The position numbers and the translations under genes are program-made. A stretch of 64,000 nt of DNA. Origin: Podarcis erhardii (lineage: Eukaryota). The notes below the pieces were generated by a model that worked only from the letters and a program-made list of their open reading frames with translations, was not told the DNA's origin and searched no databases. Position 1 is the first letter of the stretch, and the number at the start of each line of letters is the position of its first letter. Where the stretch lies: the NCBI GenBank assembly GCA_964252035.1, contig OZ176204.1. One strand, 5' to 3'. Shown piece after piece: positions 51,074-64,000 of the stretch.

Positions 51074-51107
51074 CGTATAGTGTGCTTCTGGTTAGCTGTC
51101 CCCCCAT
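51074..51107 (-). CDS. NEURL1: NEURL1 alternative first coding exon (MGGQLTRSTLY+G; N-myristoylation-type N-terminus)
   Basis: Minus strand reads acgATGGGGGGACAGCTAACCAGAAGCACACTATACG|gtaagg: strong Kozak context, 34 nt, phase-1 donor matching the phase-1 acceptor of exon 2 (gives Y-D-S-I-G-G). Resembles the alternative vertebrate NEURL1 N-terminus as I recall it (MGGQITRS/NT[L/I]H-DSIGG). Local CpG density is raised. Confidence 0.85.
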
Positions 51108-51400
51108 CGTACTGCGCAAGGTGGCTTGGCTACCTTGCAGTTTCTCCTCTCACTGGGCAGAGATGCAGAACTCTAAGTGTGCGATCATTGTCAGCACGCA
51201 AGACACAGGCACACTCCGACACAGAGGGATTTAATGACTCTCACATAAATAACACACTCATGAACACACAACAGAAGCCTGCAATCAGCCTCCACCCACT
51301 TTCCAACCCTCACAGGCTCAGCAATAAGCAGAGGCATATGTCATGATTATTTACATAAGGAGGAGACTTGTGACTCCAAAATAGCTAGAGAAAACTCAAA
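51108..51400 (-). promoter_or_regulatory. Putative internal promoter / 5'UTR of the MGGQ first exon
   Basis: Immediately upstream of the ATG, with modest CpG retention. A FOX-like TATTTAC (~51349) and a MEF2-like gctattttgg (minus strand, ~51378-51387) are present. The TSS cannot be located from sequence alone. Confidence 0.4.
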
Positions 51401-54400
51401 GCATTTTACAGACACATACAGTATCGCAGCCCCAAAGAAACTCAAGGGCACCTAAACATGCCCTGTCTGTCAGCCTTTATTCTGGTTTCTCTAATCTGGG
51501 ATCGCAACTCTGATAAATTGTTAGGAAAAATATAGTTGATTTCTTGGCTGTTGAAAGCAGTGGCTGCATGCCTGTTTCTAAACCCCAAGGTACCCTTGCT
51601 TGCAAGCAAAACAAAGCCTTTGTCTCTGTGAATTTCACTGCAAACACAAAACAGATTTATTTAGAAATCTTAAGTCCAGCTGTCAATGAAGCTTGCTTTT
51701 CACCTCCATCATTATGCAATTTAAATATAAAAATGAAGTTTTTGAAAAGGAGAAATACTTCCATTCAGCACATCGCTCCTACATATATCTGTGGGTATGG
51801 CAGGCAGAAACCCAAACTGAAATAGGTGCATTACCAGAAATCATTGGCCCAGATTCCTCTGCTGGTTAATTATTAATTATTTAAGAGCAAGGGAGAAGTG
51901 TCTGAAATGCAGAATGTCCACCCTGGACTGTAATAGCAAAAATATTTTTCTCCACCACCCTCAGACTAGCTTTTGTGGCATGACTGCAGGCTCAGCTCAG
52001 ACACAATGCAGCCTGCTCTTCAGTCCATTACCTCCACTGATTGACTGCAGTGAGCGTTATTAAACGCACTGAGTTGTGGAGGCAGGCTGGTGTGGGCAGG
52101 GTGTGGGGCAGGGTTCAAAGGCATGAACCCCCATTCTGCCCCTCAATGCTTTGGTGTAAGAATGTTATCCTTCCCCACCTCTATTAACAAAATAAGCACC
52201 TAGCTCTACCAGAACATAAAATCAAACTAACTTTACACTGAAGTTTCAAGTTTCAAGTTCCAGAACAAGCACAGTGTTATGCAAACCACGGTTTGCCACC
52301 TACACTCTAGCTAAGAACCAAACCATGGTTATGCAGACAGTGCAAGTAACAACCAGTTTCTTCACAGGTACATAAGATAGTACAGGCAGAGAAGAGTTAG
52401 ATTAAACAATATGAGGGAGAACACATATAACAGGTGCAATCTGAAGAGTCGGGTAAAGAAGCAGGAAGCAGAATGCCTTGACTGAAGGAGATAGAGTTCT
52501 CCCAGGAAAAATGTGGAATGCCTATGCATCAGCCAATGAATTATGTGTAAGCAAGAAGAAATTGCTTGGTTAAGCCACAACAATAATGAATGAGGCACTC
52601 CTATAAATGCCAACTCTGAAATAAGTCCTATTGAGTTCATTGGAGCTTAGTGAAAGATAAATGGGTAGGGGCTCGCAGCCTAAATTCCTTTACACATATA
52701 CTTTTGGCATTGTGCAGTCTTGGTTGATCCTGATCTCTGCTTGTGTAAGAATGATATTTTCTAACAAGAACCAAATTGCTATTGTAGTAGTTCCCTCATC
52801 TATCTTGACCCAACCTTGAAAACACCTTACCAAATGACCTCTGTATTTCTGGATGGCAATCTAACAGCCAACAATTTGGAAATCACTAAGGTAGGATGGA
52901 ATCCTTAGCTATGGAAAATCCTGAGAAGGTGATACTAGGTCATCTTCAATTGCCTTCCGGTCAGTGGCAGCTGAGACAGTTCCTTAGCCTGAGTTGAAGA
53001 TATCTTCTGCGTTGTAGAATAAAATGAGTTTGAAATATGAGCAGGTTACATCATTTTCTGCGCAAGCTTTTCAATTCATGCAGGGTTGCTACAAATAATA
53101 TTTTTTAAGGGAAACCGAAAACCTCCTTAGAATATGCAGAATACTCTTTACTCCAGGATTTTAAAAAAATCATTGACAATTGACCAGCTGCTGCTGCTGT
53201 TGATGATGATGATGGTGATATTTCCAAGAAAAAAAGATCCTATAACCTTCCTGGGCAACTTGCTTGAGTTTTTAACTGCTTCCCTAATCTTGATCTTAAA
53301 TCTATTTCTCTGCACCTAAAAATGAAGTTTCTTCTCCTATGACAATCATCTACACTACTGGTCACAGATTCTCCCGCCATCTGGGAAGGATTGCATTCCA
53401 AATGGAGGTTCTCTATCCCTACCACATACCGTTCCCTATAAAACACTGCGGGAATAAGGCAGGGTGCTAACGTTAAGAGTTGCAATAGTTCCTAGTGTTA
53501 AAAGCCCTGAGATAGCCTTACTCTTCATGAACCAGTAATAGATATGTGTCCTGAAACTCTCTCCCTTCTGCAGTTTGCATTTTTACAGCAGTTTCTTGGC
53601 AGTCAGAGTGCCTGCTTAATTCTGCTGCTGCATTTCTAGCAATACTGCAAGAGCAGTGCTGTAGCTGCATTGCTGAAGCTACAGACTCAGCAGCAAATTC
53701 CAGTACAAAGGCATGCACAGGGAGAACCTAGGTAATCTGTAAAAAAAAAGACCTCCCTTTCTTTGAACACACAATTAAATTGCCTATTTTTTATGATTAA
53801 AAAAGTGAAATAATTAAGTATGTTTTGGTGGACATTTGCTTGTACAGAAGCACTAGATTACCACACTGCAGTAGTTTATTAAAAGGCATTTTATAAGCAA
53901 TAACCAAACCTTTATGTACATCACAGAATTTCTGCATGATTGATGACTAGCAGCTGAATGAATGGGCACACTGCACTGAAGCAGCATTGCATGTGAGATA
54001 GGCATGAAAATTATATTTCTGGCAATACACAAGATTGTGTTGGGTGGCCACTGCTCTACTTTACAGAGAAGTTAGAGCAAGGGGAGGGCTGGCAGTCCTC
54101 CATTTGAAGGAGTCCTCTATTTTGAAGGGCTGTCTAGTCCACACTGGTTTAAAGATAAAGAACTATGACAAGTGAGAAGTTTACTGTCAACAGTTTGCAC
54201 CTGGGCAGCAGACCCCTTGTCAGTCTTCATCACTATGGTGCAATATATTTTATTTCGACTTAAATTACAGTAATCATGTTTTCAATCTATACATATAAAT
54301 CAGCATATACACATTGTATGCAGTTCTATTTCCCTTTCACTCTTTTTTAAAATAAATGAGTGGGCCCCCTCCCTCACCTTGCTGGTAGTGAGAAAGACAA

Positions 54401-55339
54401 AAGCTGGGGTGGAGCGTCTCTGAGATGGAATGAAAGCCGGCAGAAGCCAGAGAGTATCAGCCATGCTTGATTTCTGCTTAAAACCAAGGTTGTGATTACA
54501 GGAGAAGAAAAGAAGTCTTGGTGTGTTAATGCTGTGAGCCCTGCCATCACAGGCTCGGTTTGTATATATGTGTGTAAATAAACCAAGTATCATAATGACA
54601 ACACAGTCTCTGCTGTTTCTCATTACAAGAAAGTCAAACTCTGGGAAAGCACCTCAAACCCCTGGAATCTCACACTGCTTGGAGGTTGGGTGGCATGCCA
54701 TTCACAATGCAATGTTTCGCCGCCTCCTCACAGACACACTCACAAACACAACCATTCTCTTTTTCCGTGTTCACATCTAACTTTTCCAAGCTCTTAATTA
54801 AAGTAATTAAAGCAATTATCCAATGGATGCAATTTAATAATTTGCTTCAAGGTTAGCTTTTAACATCCAGAGTAATTAGCAACCTGACTTTCCTCCTTCC
54901 TCACTTATTAATGGGTTTATTTTCTCCCCAATACTACTAGTGTAATTATTTTTAAAGGTACCACCTTTGGCTGTTACTGTCTCACTTGTTTGTAACTTGT
55001 TGTCTGCCCTGCTCTTTGAACTGGTCCCATTACGCTATTCACTGGGTTTTCCTTCAGGCTTCTGTTCTTTGAGAAGCCCCTCGTGAAAGCACGAGGAACA
55101 ACTAGCAATATTATGACAGCTATTAAAGTCACAGAGGGCTTGTTAAGCACATATGCCTTCAGGCGCTCACAGAATTCAACTTCAGCACTTAGGATACCTA
55201 GAGTGATGTCCAACTAAGCCATATTCAGAGCAGACCCATTAAAACCATGCCCATTAATTTCATGGCTAATATTGGACATCACCCCTAACTATACAGTGAC
55301 AACTGGTTTTTCCCCTTAGAAAAGAAATATATATCTATT

Positions 55340-55520
55340 TATGAACTTTCTGGCAGTAAGAGCTGTTTGACAGTGGAACAGACTCCCTTGTGAGGTTGTG
55401 GGCTCTCCTTTCCTTGGGTGGCCATCCGGCATGGATGCTTTAGTTGAGATTCCTGCACTGCAGAGGACTGGACTAGATAACCCCCAGGGTCCCTTCCAAC
55501 TCTGTGATTCTATGATTCTA
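55340..55520 (+). mobile_element. CR1 LINE 3' end
   Basis: gtaagagctgtttgacagtggaacagactcc...ggactagataacccccagggtcccttccaactctgtgattctatgattcta, ending in the ATTCTRTG-type tail. Confidence 0.8.
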
Positions 55521-55589
55521 CACACAACACACACAACACTCACACGCACACACTCCCCTATTAGTCTATTGTTATTCTAACTTTTTGAG

Positions 55590-55730
55590 TTTTCAATAAT
55601 TGTTAATTTTTCAATTGATAAAGTGTTATATCTTTTTTTTGTAAACTGCTTTGAGGTTTGTTTGTTTGTTTGTTTGTTTGTTTGTTTGTTTTACAATCAA
55701 GAGGTGCATACATTTTATGAAATAAATAAT
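55590..55730 (+). mobile_element. L2-type 3' end containing a (TTTG)n expansion
   Basis: ttgtaaactgctttgagg(tttg)n...tacaatcaagaggtgcatacattttatgaaataaataa. Confidence 0.45.
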
Positions 55731-56666
55731 TCAGAGATTTTAGTTAGGTACTTCCTGGCTCACATCCCATTCTCTCAGCCATGACACCACACTAAGCCAT
55801 TTTGTGTGCTCGTTTCTTTCAAGCAAAACTGATGTGATTTTTGCACAAAAGGTTCCAATTTCAAGTTTTGTTTAAAGCTTCATCATTAATACTTAGCCAA
55901 GATTTATTCAAGATTTACACAAGCTTTATAAGATTTATACTTGGCCAAACCCAGAAACCCCCTTTTTCCTCCATCTGCCAGCTGAACCCCAGCTTCCTCT
56001 CTGCATCTTTGCACAACCTAAGACAACAAGATAACATAGAGGAGCATATGAGCTGGAGACGATGCTGTGGTGTTTCACCAAAAGATAACAGCAGGATATC
56101 CTGGTCATTAGAGGGCCCATTTCAGAAGGGTAAATATTTGGGAATGTGTAGGCAACATAAATTATTGCCTGCCTCCATTATTCCATCTTTGTTTTGTTAG
56201 CAATTAATGGAATCCATTCCTTGCTTGGTCACACCTGTCTGCGGATGAGAGATGAAATGTAGTCACGTACAGGCCCAGTGGCTGCCCAACTCCTACTGCT
56301 TCCCTAAGAAGGACTTCATTTCTTCCTAAGTAGTCTCATCTTTACTCTCATTCAGACATGTGGAGGCTCCTCTGAACAGTGAATGGAATCACACATGGTT
56401 GGAGGAAGTAGCATCATGTCGGCAGACTCCTTCACCAATCCTCCACAACCCTCAGCAAGTTCATTTTTCAAGCCTGAACATCTGCATGAGGCTCTTAGGT
56501 ACATACTGTTAATGCTTCCTGGAGCATTACCTGCAGTTTCTGAACTAGACCAAAGCAGCTCAAGTCATACCAGAGTTCTCAGTTGGGTCCACAGCTAATG
56601 GCCTTCCTTTGACCTCCATTTTGTCTGCTCAGAGTAGCAAAGTATCCCCGAAAAACAAAGTGAATA

Positions 56667-56908
56667 CAGTGGTACCTCAGGTTACATATGCTTCAGGTTA
56701 CATATGCTTCAGGTTACAGACTCCGCTAACCCAGAAATAGTGCTTCAGGTTAAGAACTTTGCTTCAGGATGAGAACAGAAATCATGCTCCAGTGGCGCGG
56801 CGGCAGCAGGAGGCCCCATTAGCTAAAGTGGTGCTTCAGGTTAAGAACAGTTTCAGGTTAAGTACAGACCTCCAGAACGAATTAAGTACTTAACATGAGG
56901 TGCCACTG
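56667..56908. mobile_element. Tc1/mariner-type MITE, family A copy 4
   Basis: TA TSD and TIRs; internal 16-bp duplication ggttacatatgcttca. Confidence 0.92.
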
Positions 56909-59900
56909 TATATAATTAGGGCTAATCATTGCTGATAAGGGGCTACTGTGGAAGAGATGCACCACCTTCAAGCCATGCTTGTATGCTTCGCGGGGTTATC
57001 AGATTGGCCACAAAACTAGAACTTGTCTGATCCAAAAAGCCTCTTCTTATGTTCTTATGCTTGCTTGGACAGTGGGAATCAGAAGGATGAAAACGGTATG
57101 CCCAGCCATACCGAAATGATGAAATTTGGTCACATATAAGTGTCTTTCACACAATTCTTCTACTGCACAATGAACAAGCTAAAGGGGAGCAGGATGAGAG
57201 CAGCAAGCCCCACCCCCTGCCATGCATGTATGTGTCTGCACATCTGCAACAGGCCTACATGCATACAAACTGTATGTACCTAAGCTTGTGTGCTTGACTG
57301 AGGATACTGCAAAAGTACATATGAACCAGCAGAGGTGGGATCTGCTGCTACAAACCTGTTTCCCATCATGCATGTTCATCGTACTTGCCCATTGTACATG
57401 TCAATCATGCAGCAGAGTTAGAGATAGCATGATTGTGTGGCAGGGTACTGCCATCTTCAACTAGGGCAACTGAAAGGTTATGGGATGATGAGAAAATATA
57501 TTGAGAAGATGTCCGTGCAATAAGGGAATGAAGAAGATGTATTGGAGAATTGGAAAGGAAGACTTTTAAGGATAGAGTTTTCAGCTAATGCCATCCATTT
57601 TTCTGGAGGTAATGCATTAGGAAAATCTGAGCAATTGCTGTTGGAAGCTGAGCTTAACAGGTATCAATTAACAGGGACAATGGGGTAAGTTAAGGGTAGA
57701 AAATCTTTGCTAGCAATTATCTTTGTGGTATTTGTACTTGGTAAAAACCTGGTGTCAGTTTCATTTGGTTTTGCAGTGCAAATGGCATGTGTCTCAGCTG
57801 CAAATATTTGTTTGCATATATAATAATAAGGGCATCAGCTGTCTACATTTTATTTTTAAATCTACCCTTTTACCACCATTGTGTGATCTGGTTAATGGGA
57901 AAGTACATTGTTTCTAGTACAGTGGAATATTCACTTCAAATATTCAAAGAGAGTTGGAGACCAACTGGCAGTGCAAATACCTGATTCCAGGATTTACCCA
58001 TTGGTAACCTTGCTTGGTTCCTAAAACTGTCGCGTGGACAATTCAGCATCCTAATTCATCTATTCTACTTTAAAACCAAACACAGAGTAAAATGAAACCA
58101 GCAGCTTCAGCAGCCTGACACAATCTGGGATTAGTTTTGCCAAATGGTCACTTCACGGGAGCAGCAACAGGGAGCATGGCACCATTGCAAGTATACCTTC
58201 TTGATACACATGGTTTTTTTTACAAACACATGCTTCTTACTCTCATAGGCCTAAAAAGCAGTGTGTAAAGTGACTGTAGCCACACAGGACAGAAAATCAG
58301 ACCTATTGTCCCGCTTACTTCTCCAAGGCTCCTGCTGACCTGTAGAAACTGTTCTTAAAAGAGAAATATATGTGTGATTGTTTCATCATGCTCTCACCAA
58401 ATACTGGAAGTCCTACCCTTAACATTGCTTTATTTTATCCATTACTGGGGTACCATCTGCATAGCTGATAAAAGAGGAAAGAAGAATGAAGTAAACCAGT
58501 GTTGAGATAAGCAGTTAAAAGGATTTCTATGGCAAGAGAGCTGAACAAGCCTTCATCTAATTGCATGCAAGCTTACTTCGTCAGATTGTCATAACTGTTA
58601 AGGTCTGCAGTGAACCTATTTTAAAGCCCTGAACATTCAAGGTCACCCAGCAAGTATGTATGGTTATCAAGAAAGGAAATTAACATAGGAAAAGAACAAA
58701 AAAAGGCCCCTCGCTCTTGGAACATCACCACATAATTTGAAAACCAATATTTTTCATATAACTTCATTGCAGGGCAATACAAGAATTCCAGGTAGAATAT
58801 GAAACCAACTCTATGTTTAAAGCAACTTACCCAGACAACAACAAAAAACACTGTGACAAGTCATTCTCTGTCCTATGAGCCTCCCCAAGACAATCTACTG
58901 TTTGAACATTTTTATATTAACTTACATGAAACAAATATGAATTAGTGGAAAATAGCTCCCCCATTGTTCATCATGTTTTACAACAGGGGGGAAATATAGA
59001 AAAGGATACTTTTTCCTGTTAATGGGTAAACCCAGCATGAATAAACCTGCACTCTCCACTAGAGGCAACAGAGAGAGGGGTCAAACTCACTGAAGAAAGA
59101 CTATCACAACCTAGGGACTTGATAAAGCTTCCACCGGAAGGGTACATTTGATCTACTCTGTACCCAAGTCCACCTGCAACAAGCCAAATGTTTTCTAATC
59201 AAACATGAGAACCAGCAATGTGTGGTGTAAACAGATTGGAAGAAACTTCTTTTCACTGGCCTGACTTGTCCCAATCCTGCTGGCTCTTCATACCGACGTA
59301 TGCAAGACTGACAGACAGCTTGGACAATTTGTCCCACCAGAAAATCCTTGGAATAGACCAAATTTGCCAGAATAACAATATAAAAACATGGGACCCAATG
59401 GAGCTGAAGGATCTGTTTCTGTGGAGTTTTGAGATGTAAAAGAGTTCGGGGGGGGGAGGGGAACATCCATTGTTTCCTGTGAACCTGCAAATGCTCAAGA
59501 GTACAGAATGTCTTTCATGAAATGTTAGAGTCAAAGAGCCACATGCCACATTTGCCAACAAGGTCTGAAGAGGCATTTTTGCTTGAACATGCTGACCCCA
59601 CCCCTGCTGCCTCCGATTAGAAACCCTGATAAAGCAGGGTTCTTGATCACGGGAAGGCTTGAAGTGTATTCATGTGAACATGCTTACGAGCCCTCTTACA
59701 AGCCAGTGAATGTTGCAAGATTATGCATGGAAGCAGCAGAGTCAGTGCACACAGCCCCACTGCTCCAACATGATTACAATTTCCAAATAAGGCTATGGTG
59801 AGGTCTTTTTATTAAGAATAATAATACATTTATATCTTGGCCTTTCCTCCCCAAGGAGCTCAGAGAGGCAAACAAATACACAATTTTAAACAAAAGCAAA

Positions 59901-60180
59901 GCAAAAGCAATCTAATAGTTACAACATTCTAAAAACAATCACAAATAAAACATATAAAACAGTTGCAGTAAAAACAGTGATCTCAGGGTTACCAGGAAGA
60001 TACAAGTTTACAGAGAGATCCTCTAGTCTAGCACTTTATCATGCTAGCTCACCCTGTTATACAGCAGGTAACTTTCAGTTTCTCTGCTGATCCCTTGCAC
60101 TGAGCAAAACCTCTTCCCAGTGAATTCCTCACACTCCTGCCAATGCTACTGAATGCAGCCTTGGCTTTATACCTGCCTCT

Positions 60181-60465
60181 ACAGGTGGCACTGTGGTCTA
60201 AACCACTGAGCCTAGGGCTTGCTGATCGGAAGGTCTGCGGTTCGAATCCCCGTGATGGGGTGACCTCCCGTTGCTCGGGCCCAGCAGTTCGAAAGCACGT
60301 CAAAGTGCAAGTAGATAAATAGGTACTGCTCCGGTGAGGAGGTAAATGGTGTTTCCGTGTGCTGCTCTGGTTTTGCCACAAGTGGCTTAGTCATGCTGGC
60401 CACATGACCCAGAAAAACTGTCTGCAGAGAAACGCCAGCTCCCTCGGCCAGTAAAGCGAGATGAG
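60181..60465 (+). mobile_element. Sauria SINE, older, 3'-truncated
   Basis: A-box-like ggtggcactgtggtc, B box ggttcgaatccc and Sauria core; no ACCTTT tail. Confidence 0.88.
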
Positions 60466-61241
60466 CAGTCTTCACTGCATACCTGCCAAACATCACACCT
60501 GAAGGGAAAGAGCAAAGAGGCCTGGGGCAACAGCATGGGATGGTGCAAAGGCTGCTACTGTCACAAAGGCACAGGAATGGTCTACAGCAGAACAGGGCAA
60601 AAAGGAAAAGAGGGAAGAGGCAGTGACCTGAGGTAAGCCATGAATGAAGCGGTGAAAACACAAAAATCGCAAGGGATAGAGAGAGGAAAGGAACAGAAGT
60701 CACAGAAAAGAAAAGTGAGGCTGCACAGGGGACTAAGAAGGAAAGTTGGGACTGGCACTCATCCAGTTACCTGTCCATCTTTGTGGTCCTGTTTCCATAT
60801 ATACCACCATCCTTTTGGTTGGACAAACTGCTAGTACTAGAATAGTTACTATCCCACATCCATCTCAGCCCAGAGATATTACTTATTGTTCTATGTCCTT
60901 GAGTCACACATCTTGCAGTGGTACTCTCCTACTCTCATGGTACAATGTGGTCTGGAATGCGTGGAGTTGTAAAAGAGGAGGGGCGCTGGTGTGAGGATGG
61001 CCTTGCTTTGCTGGAGAAGGCTGGCCTTTTGGTCTCTTTAGATTGTGATCAGCAAACGTTAAGGATTCATGCAAAGAAACATGCTTAAAGACATGAAAGA
61101 ATTTTCATTTTTATTTTTAAATTGTTGTGCCTGGAGGCTGCAGTTTACATACAAAGAATTTACTAGCTGCTATCCTTGAATAGGGCAATTTCCTAAATCA
61201 CATGAAACACATACAGCTTGAAGAGACAACAAAAGAGCTTC

Positions 61242-61311
61242 AGTTTTGCAAGTTTTTGCAAGTTTTTGCAAGTTTGCTAATACTTGTGTGCATGTGCATG
61301 TGCATGTGCAT
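61242..61311. repeat. (AGTTTTTGCA)~3.5 followed by (GTGCAT)4
   Basis: Direct reading. Confidence 0.85.
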
Positions 61312-61317
61312 ACACAA

Positions 61318-61440
61318 CAGTGTTTCACAACCAGGGACCATATGACCCTTGGGGGGACCCAGGATATTCCAAGGGGGGCACAGGTGAAAAATGCATAAAT
61401 GGGAGGCCACAGCATGAGGCTAGGGGGCCACAGAGGGAAG
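61318..61440. mobile_element. Possible hAT/Charlie-type terminal fragment
   Basis: Starts cagtgtttcacaacc, resembling a CAGTGTTTCTCAA TIR; the partner end was not found. Confidence 0.35.
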
Positions 61441-64000
61441 TGAGAAGTGAAGAAGAAAAATCCCGATTGACTGGCTATCTGCTTGGCCAATCACAAGCAG
61501 GTAAGGGGCCAGCCCGCCAGGACCTAGCGCTACTTTCCCCCAGATGCATTTTCTTGGAGCAGTCCTGGTTTGTTTCCGGCAGGAGAGGGCAATCGCTGAG
61601 GCTCCCATTTGGAACAGTAGAGCCCACGATCCAGAATCTCCAGGTCAGGTAAGTGTGGTGGTGGGATGGCAACGGATAGGACTGGGCGAGCCGGAGCTGC
61701 TTGTTGCTGCCACCAGACTTATTTGCATTCATGACATTATAGTAGAATGAGTTCAAAATTTATAAACCAAAAAGGAGCAATAAATTATGGTTAATTCCTA
61801 ATCAGTGATTTTGGCTGAACATTTAGGTGCCTATAGGGCTTTGGATTTTAGTTTGAAATGTTAATGTCTTTAATTCTGTTTTGCATGTTTATGCAGGTCA
61901 CCTTGGGAGTATTTGGATCAATGGGTAAGGTCCAAAATAATTAATTAGGCAAAATGAGTGCACCTGTTTAGGTAGGGTTTTTATTTTTATTTTGGGGGGA
62001 AATGTTCCTGTGTTGTCTTGGGAATAAACCCATTTGACTTGTTGATAGAGCTGCATTAGGAAGCTGCATTAAGTTCTTCTTCATATTCTCTGTGAATACT
62101 TTATGAAGAAGAAGAAAACTTATTTTCAGAAAACAATACTTTCTTGAGCATAAAGCTTTCAAGCCAAGTTGAGTTTGTTCTGCTGTCAGATGATCCTTGG
62201 CTGCTGGCAGATTCTCAAGCTTTTGCCTTCTCATCTTTTGCATATTGTTTCCAAAGGATTCTACATGTAGGGCAACTGGAATCAGACTGGAATCACTTTT
62301 GCCTCCACTTGGAGCAGTGGCTAACCATTTTTCTGGCCTGCTTCAGCATTCACAATCCCCCCCCCCCCCAGCTACAACCCTTTTAATTCTCTCCAAACCC
62401 CACCAAATTCAGAGTATCTTATTATAGTCTCCAAACTAGGGCTATTGTTTTGATTAACCATTTGCAGTTTGATTGGTTTAATTTAAATACATTTAAATAT
62501 TACCAAATCCTCAAAATAGATGTTGTTCCAAGACATTGATGGAAATGTCAGATTACTTATAACTTGACAAACTGAAAGCCATGGTTAGAAGCAGAAGCCA
62601 TCATTAATATTTTCTTTCCAGTTGCTATTGCAGCAACATAACCGAACAAAATAGCCTTTTAAAAAATATAATAATAATAAATTTCTGTATCAAATAAGTT
62701 GGGTCTCACCAATCAATCAACTAAGGTTTTATTTGATTAGCCTACCAAATGAATCAATTAAAGCTTAAAACTTACAAGGTGTAACTTGCAAACCCTGCAG
62801 TCAATAATACACAGATTGGGTGAGCTGACACAGTACAGCTGCCTCAGTCTCATAATCTAAATTAGAGGCAAATGGAGACGCTCTGGTATTTTCCTTTGCT
62901 CTATACTGCATGAAACGGATTTGTTAAACTGAAAACTTTAAAATCTGTCTAGTCACAAGTGAACTGTTTACTACTTGCACTGGCATTCCTTGAACAGAAT
63001 TGAATAACTTGGATATGTGTCAAGGAACGTATTTCTTTTTCTTTTTGCTCATGCTCTTTTAAATAATATTCTGTACATGCGTCATCTAGTGCTCAAAGTC
63101 CATAATTTAAGATTCATATGGGTTACTTCTTGCCAGTGTAACGCTGTAGCCATAGAGGTCCTGAAGGAGCATGGTCCCCTCAGGGAGATTCTGTACCCAA
63201 GTTTAACAGCAACAAATGCACATCCTAGCCTCCTTCCTGCTTCTCAGCCAGGCTGGTTAAATGAGCCAGCCTCTTAACCCACAGACAGAAAGCACATAAT
63301 TGAAAAGGGGAAAGAGAGGAAACCACAAAATACTCACATATAAGGAGAACACGGGATATTGCAGTATATAGGTTGGAATTCAGCATAGCACCAAGTTTGT
63401 CATTCCATCAGCATAAGGCTTTCTCCTTTTGCAACAGAACACTCTCCTCCCCCTGCACATCCCTTAAATCTGTTCCCAGCCCTCTAGAACAGATATGGAG
63501 AGGTCATAGGGCATGTGGGGTGGGGGAGAGTTCAATTGTGCAAGTGAACCGTGGTAGCTGAATACTGCCGGTGGTTATGATTCAAACTCAAGCAATGCAG
63601 CCGAAATCCATGAAGTGAGTTTTCCCCTTTAACTCAAGACCCTGCTCCACAACTCTCCTTTTCCCTAGCTGAGGTGTGTCCTTGAAGTATAATTAATGCC
63701 TCTTACCTGCCTCAATGGTAGGACCATGAGGTGAAGTGAGGCAATTGCCTCAGGGCAACAGGCTCTGGAAACTTGGGAGGCGTTGCCAATCCGGCCTCCA
63801 TGAGGCTGATACTCCCTATCCATGCTCTAACCCAGCACCCTTAACAAACCACAGCTCCCAGGGAGACACCATTTTCTGGTTCATCTCAGGCAGCAAAGTG
63901 TCTTGAGCCAGTGCTACTCAATGGGGATATGTACATGTAGGAACCTCTGACTTTTGTGTGGCCAGACTGTAGCCTACTGTCCAAAGGTAAGCGTCACTTC

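Noticed and set aside
54378-54473. Minus-strand exon-like segment with Kozak ATG (MADTLWLL...) and AAG|gtgag donor
   Set aside because: The donor is phase 0, incompatible with the phase-1 exon 2, and I see no homology. It could at most be non-coding.
51400-64000. MGNNFSS-type first exon, or a second gene
   Set aside because: No matching ATG or exon was seen. The remaining short ORFs look non-coding or TE-derived.
1-64000. CRISPR arrays, operons, defence systems or rRNA genes
   Set aside because: This is eukaryotic intronic DNA with no regularly spaced repeat-spacer units. The only rRNA-like match is the degraded 5S-derived fragment.

Overview
This is vertebrate genomic DNA, almost certainly from a squamate and probably a lacertid lizard (inferred from Sauria SINEs, a BovB LINE and Squam3-like SINE pieces). 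The whole window lies inside one minus-strand gene, NEURL1 (neuralized E3 ubiquitin ligase 1). Four coding exons are supported: a myristoylation-type first exon (MGGQLTRSTLY, 51107-51074), exon 2 (29615-29374), exon 3 (26815-26494) and exon 4 (4114-3434), together encoding both NHR domains. The MGNNFSS-type first exon and the RING-encoding 3' exons were not found and presumably lie outside the window. The introns are rich in transposons: three solo LTRs with perfect 5-bp TSDs, Tc1/mariner and hAT MITEs, SINEs, BovB/CR1/L2 fragments and microsatellites. The most interesting signal is in the three otherwise divergent solo LTRs. Each appears to carry a U3-encoded Ser/Gly/Glu-rich reading frame containing a shared basic motif (RRxx[KR][RK].[ED][QE]) about 120 bp before the poly(A) signal, with synonymous or conservative substitutions between copies. 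Other leads are a candidate third first exon (MAQK), a candidate poison exon after exon 4, a MITE carrying NRF1/ETS sites and a template-switch-like micro-inversion. No prokaryotic-type systems or RNA genes are evident. All homology calls are from memory and manual reading; no searches were run.
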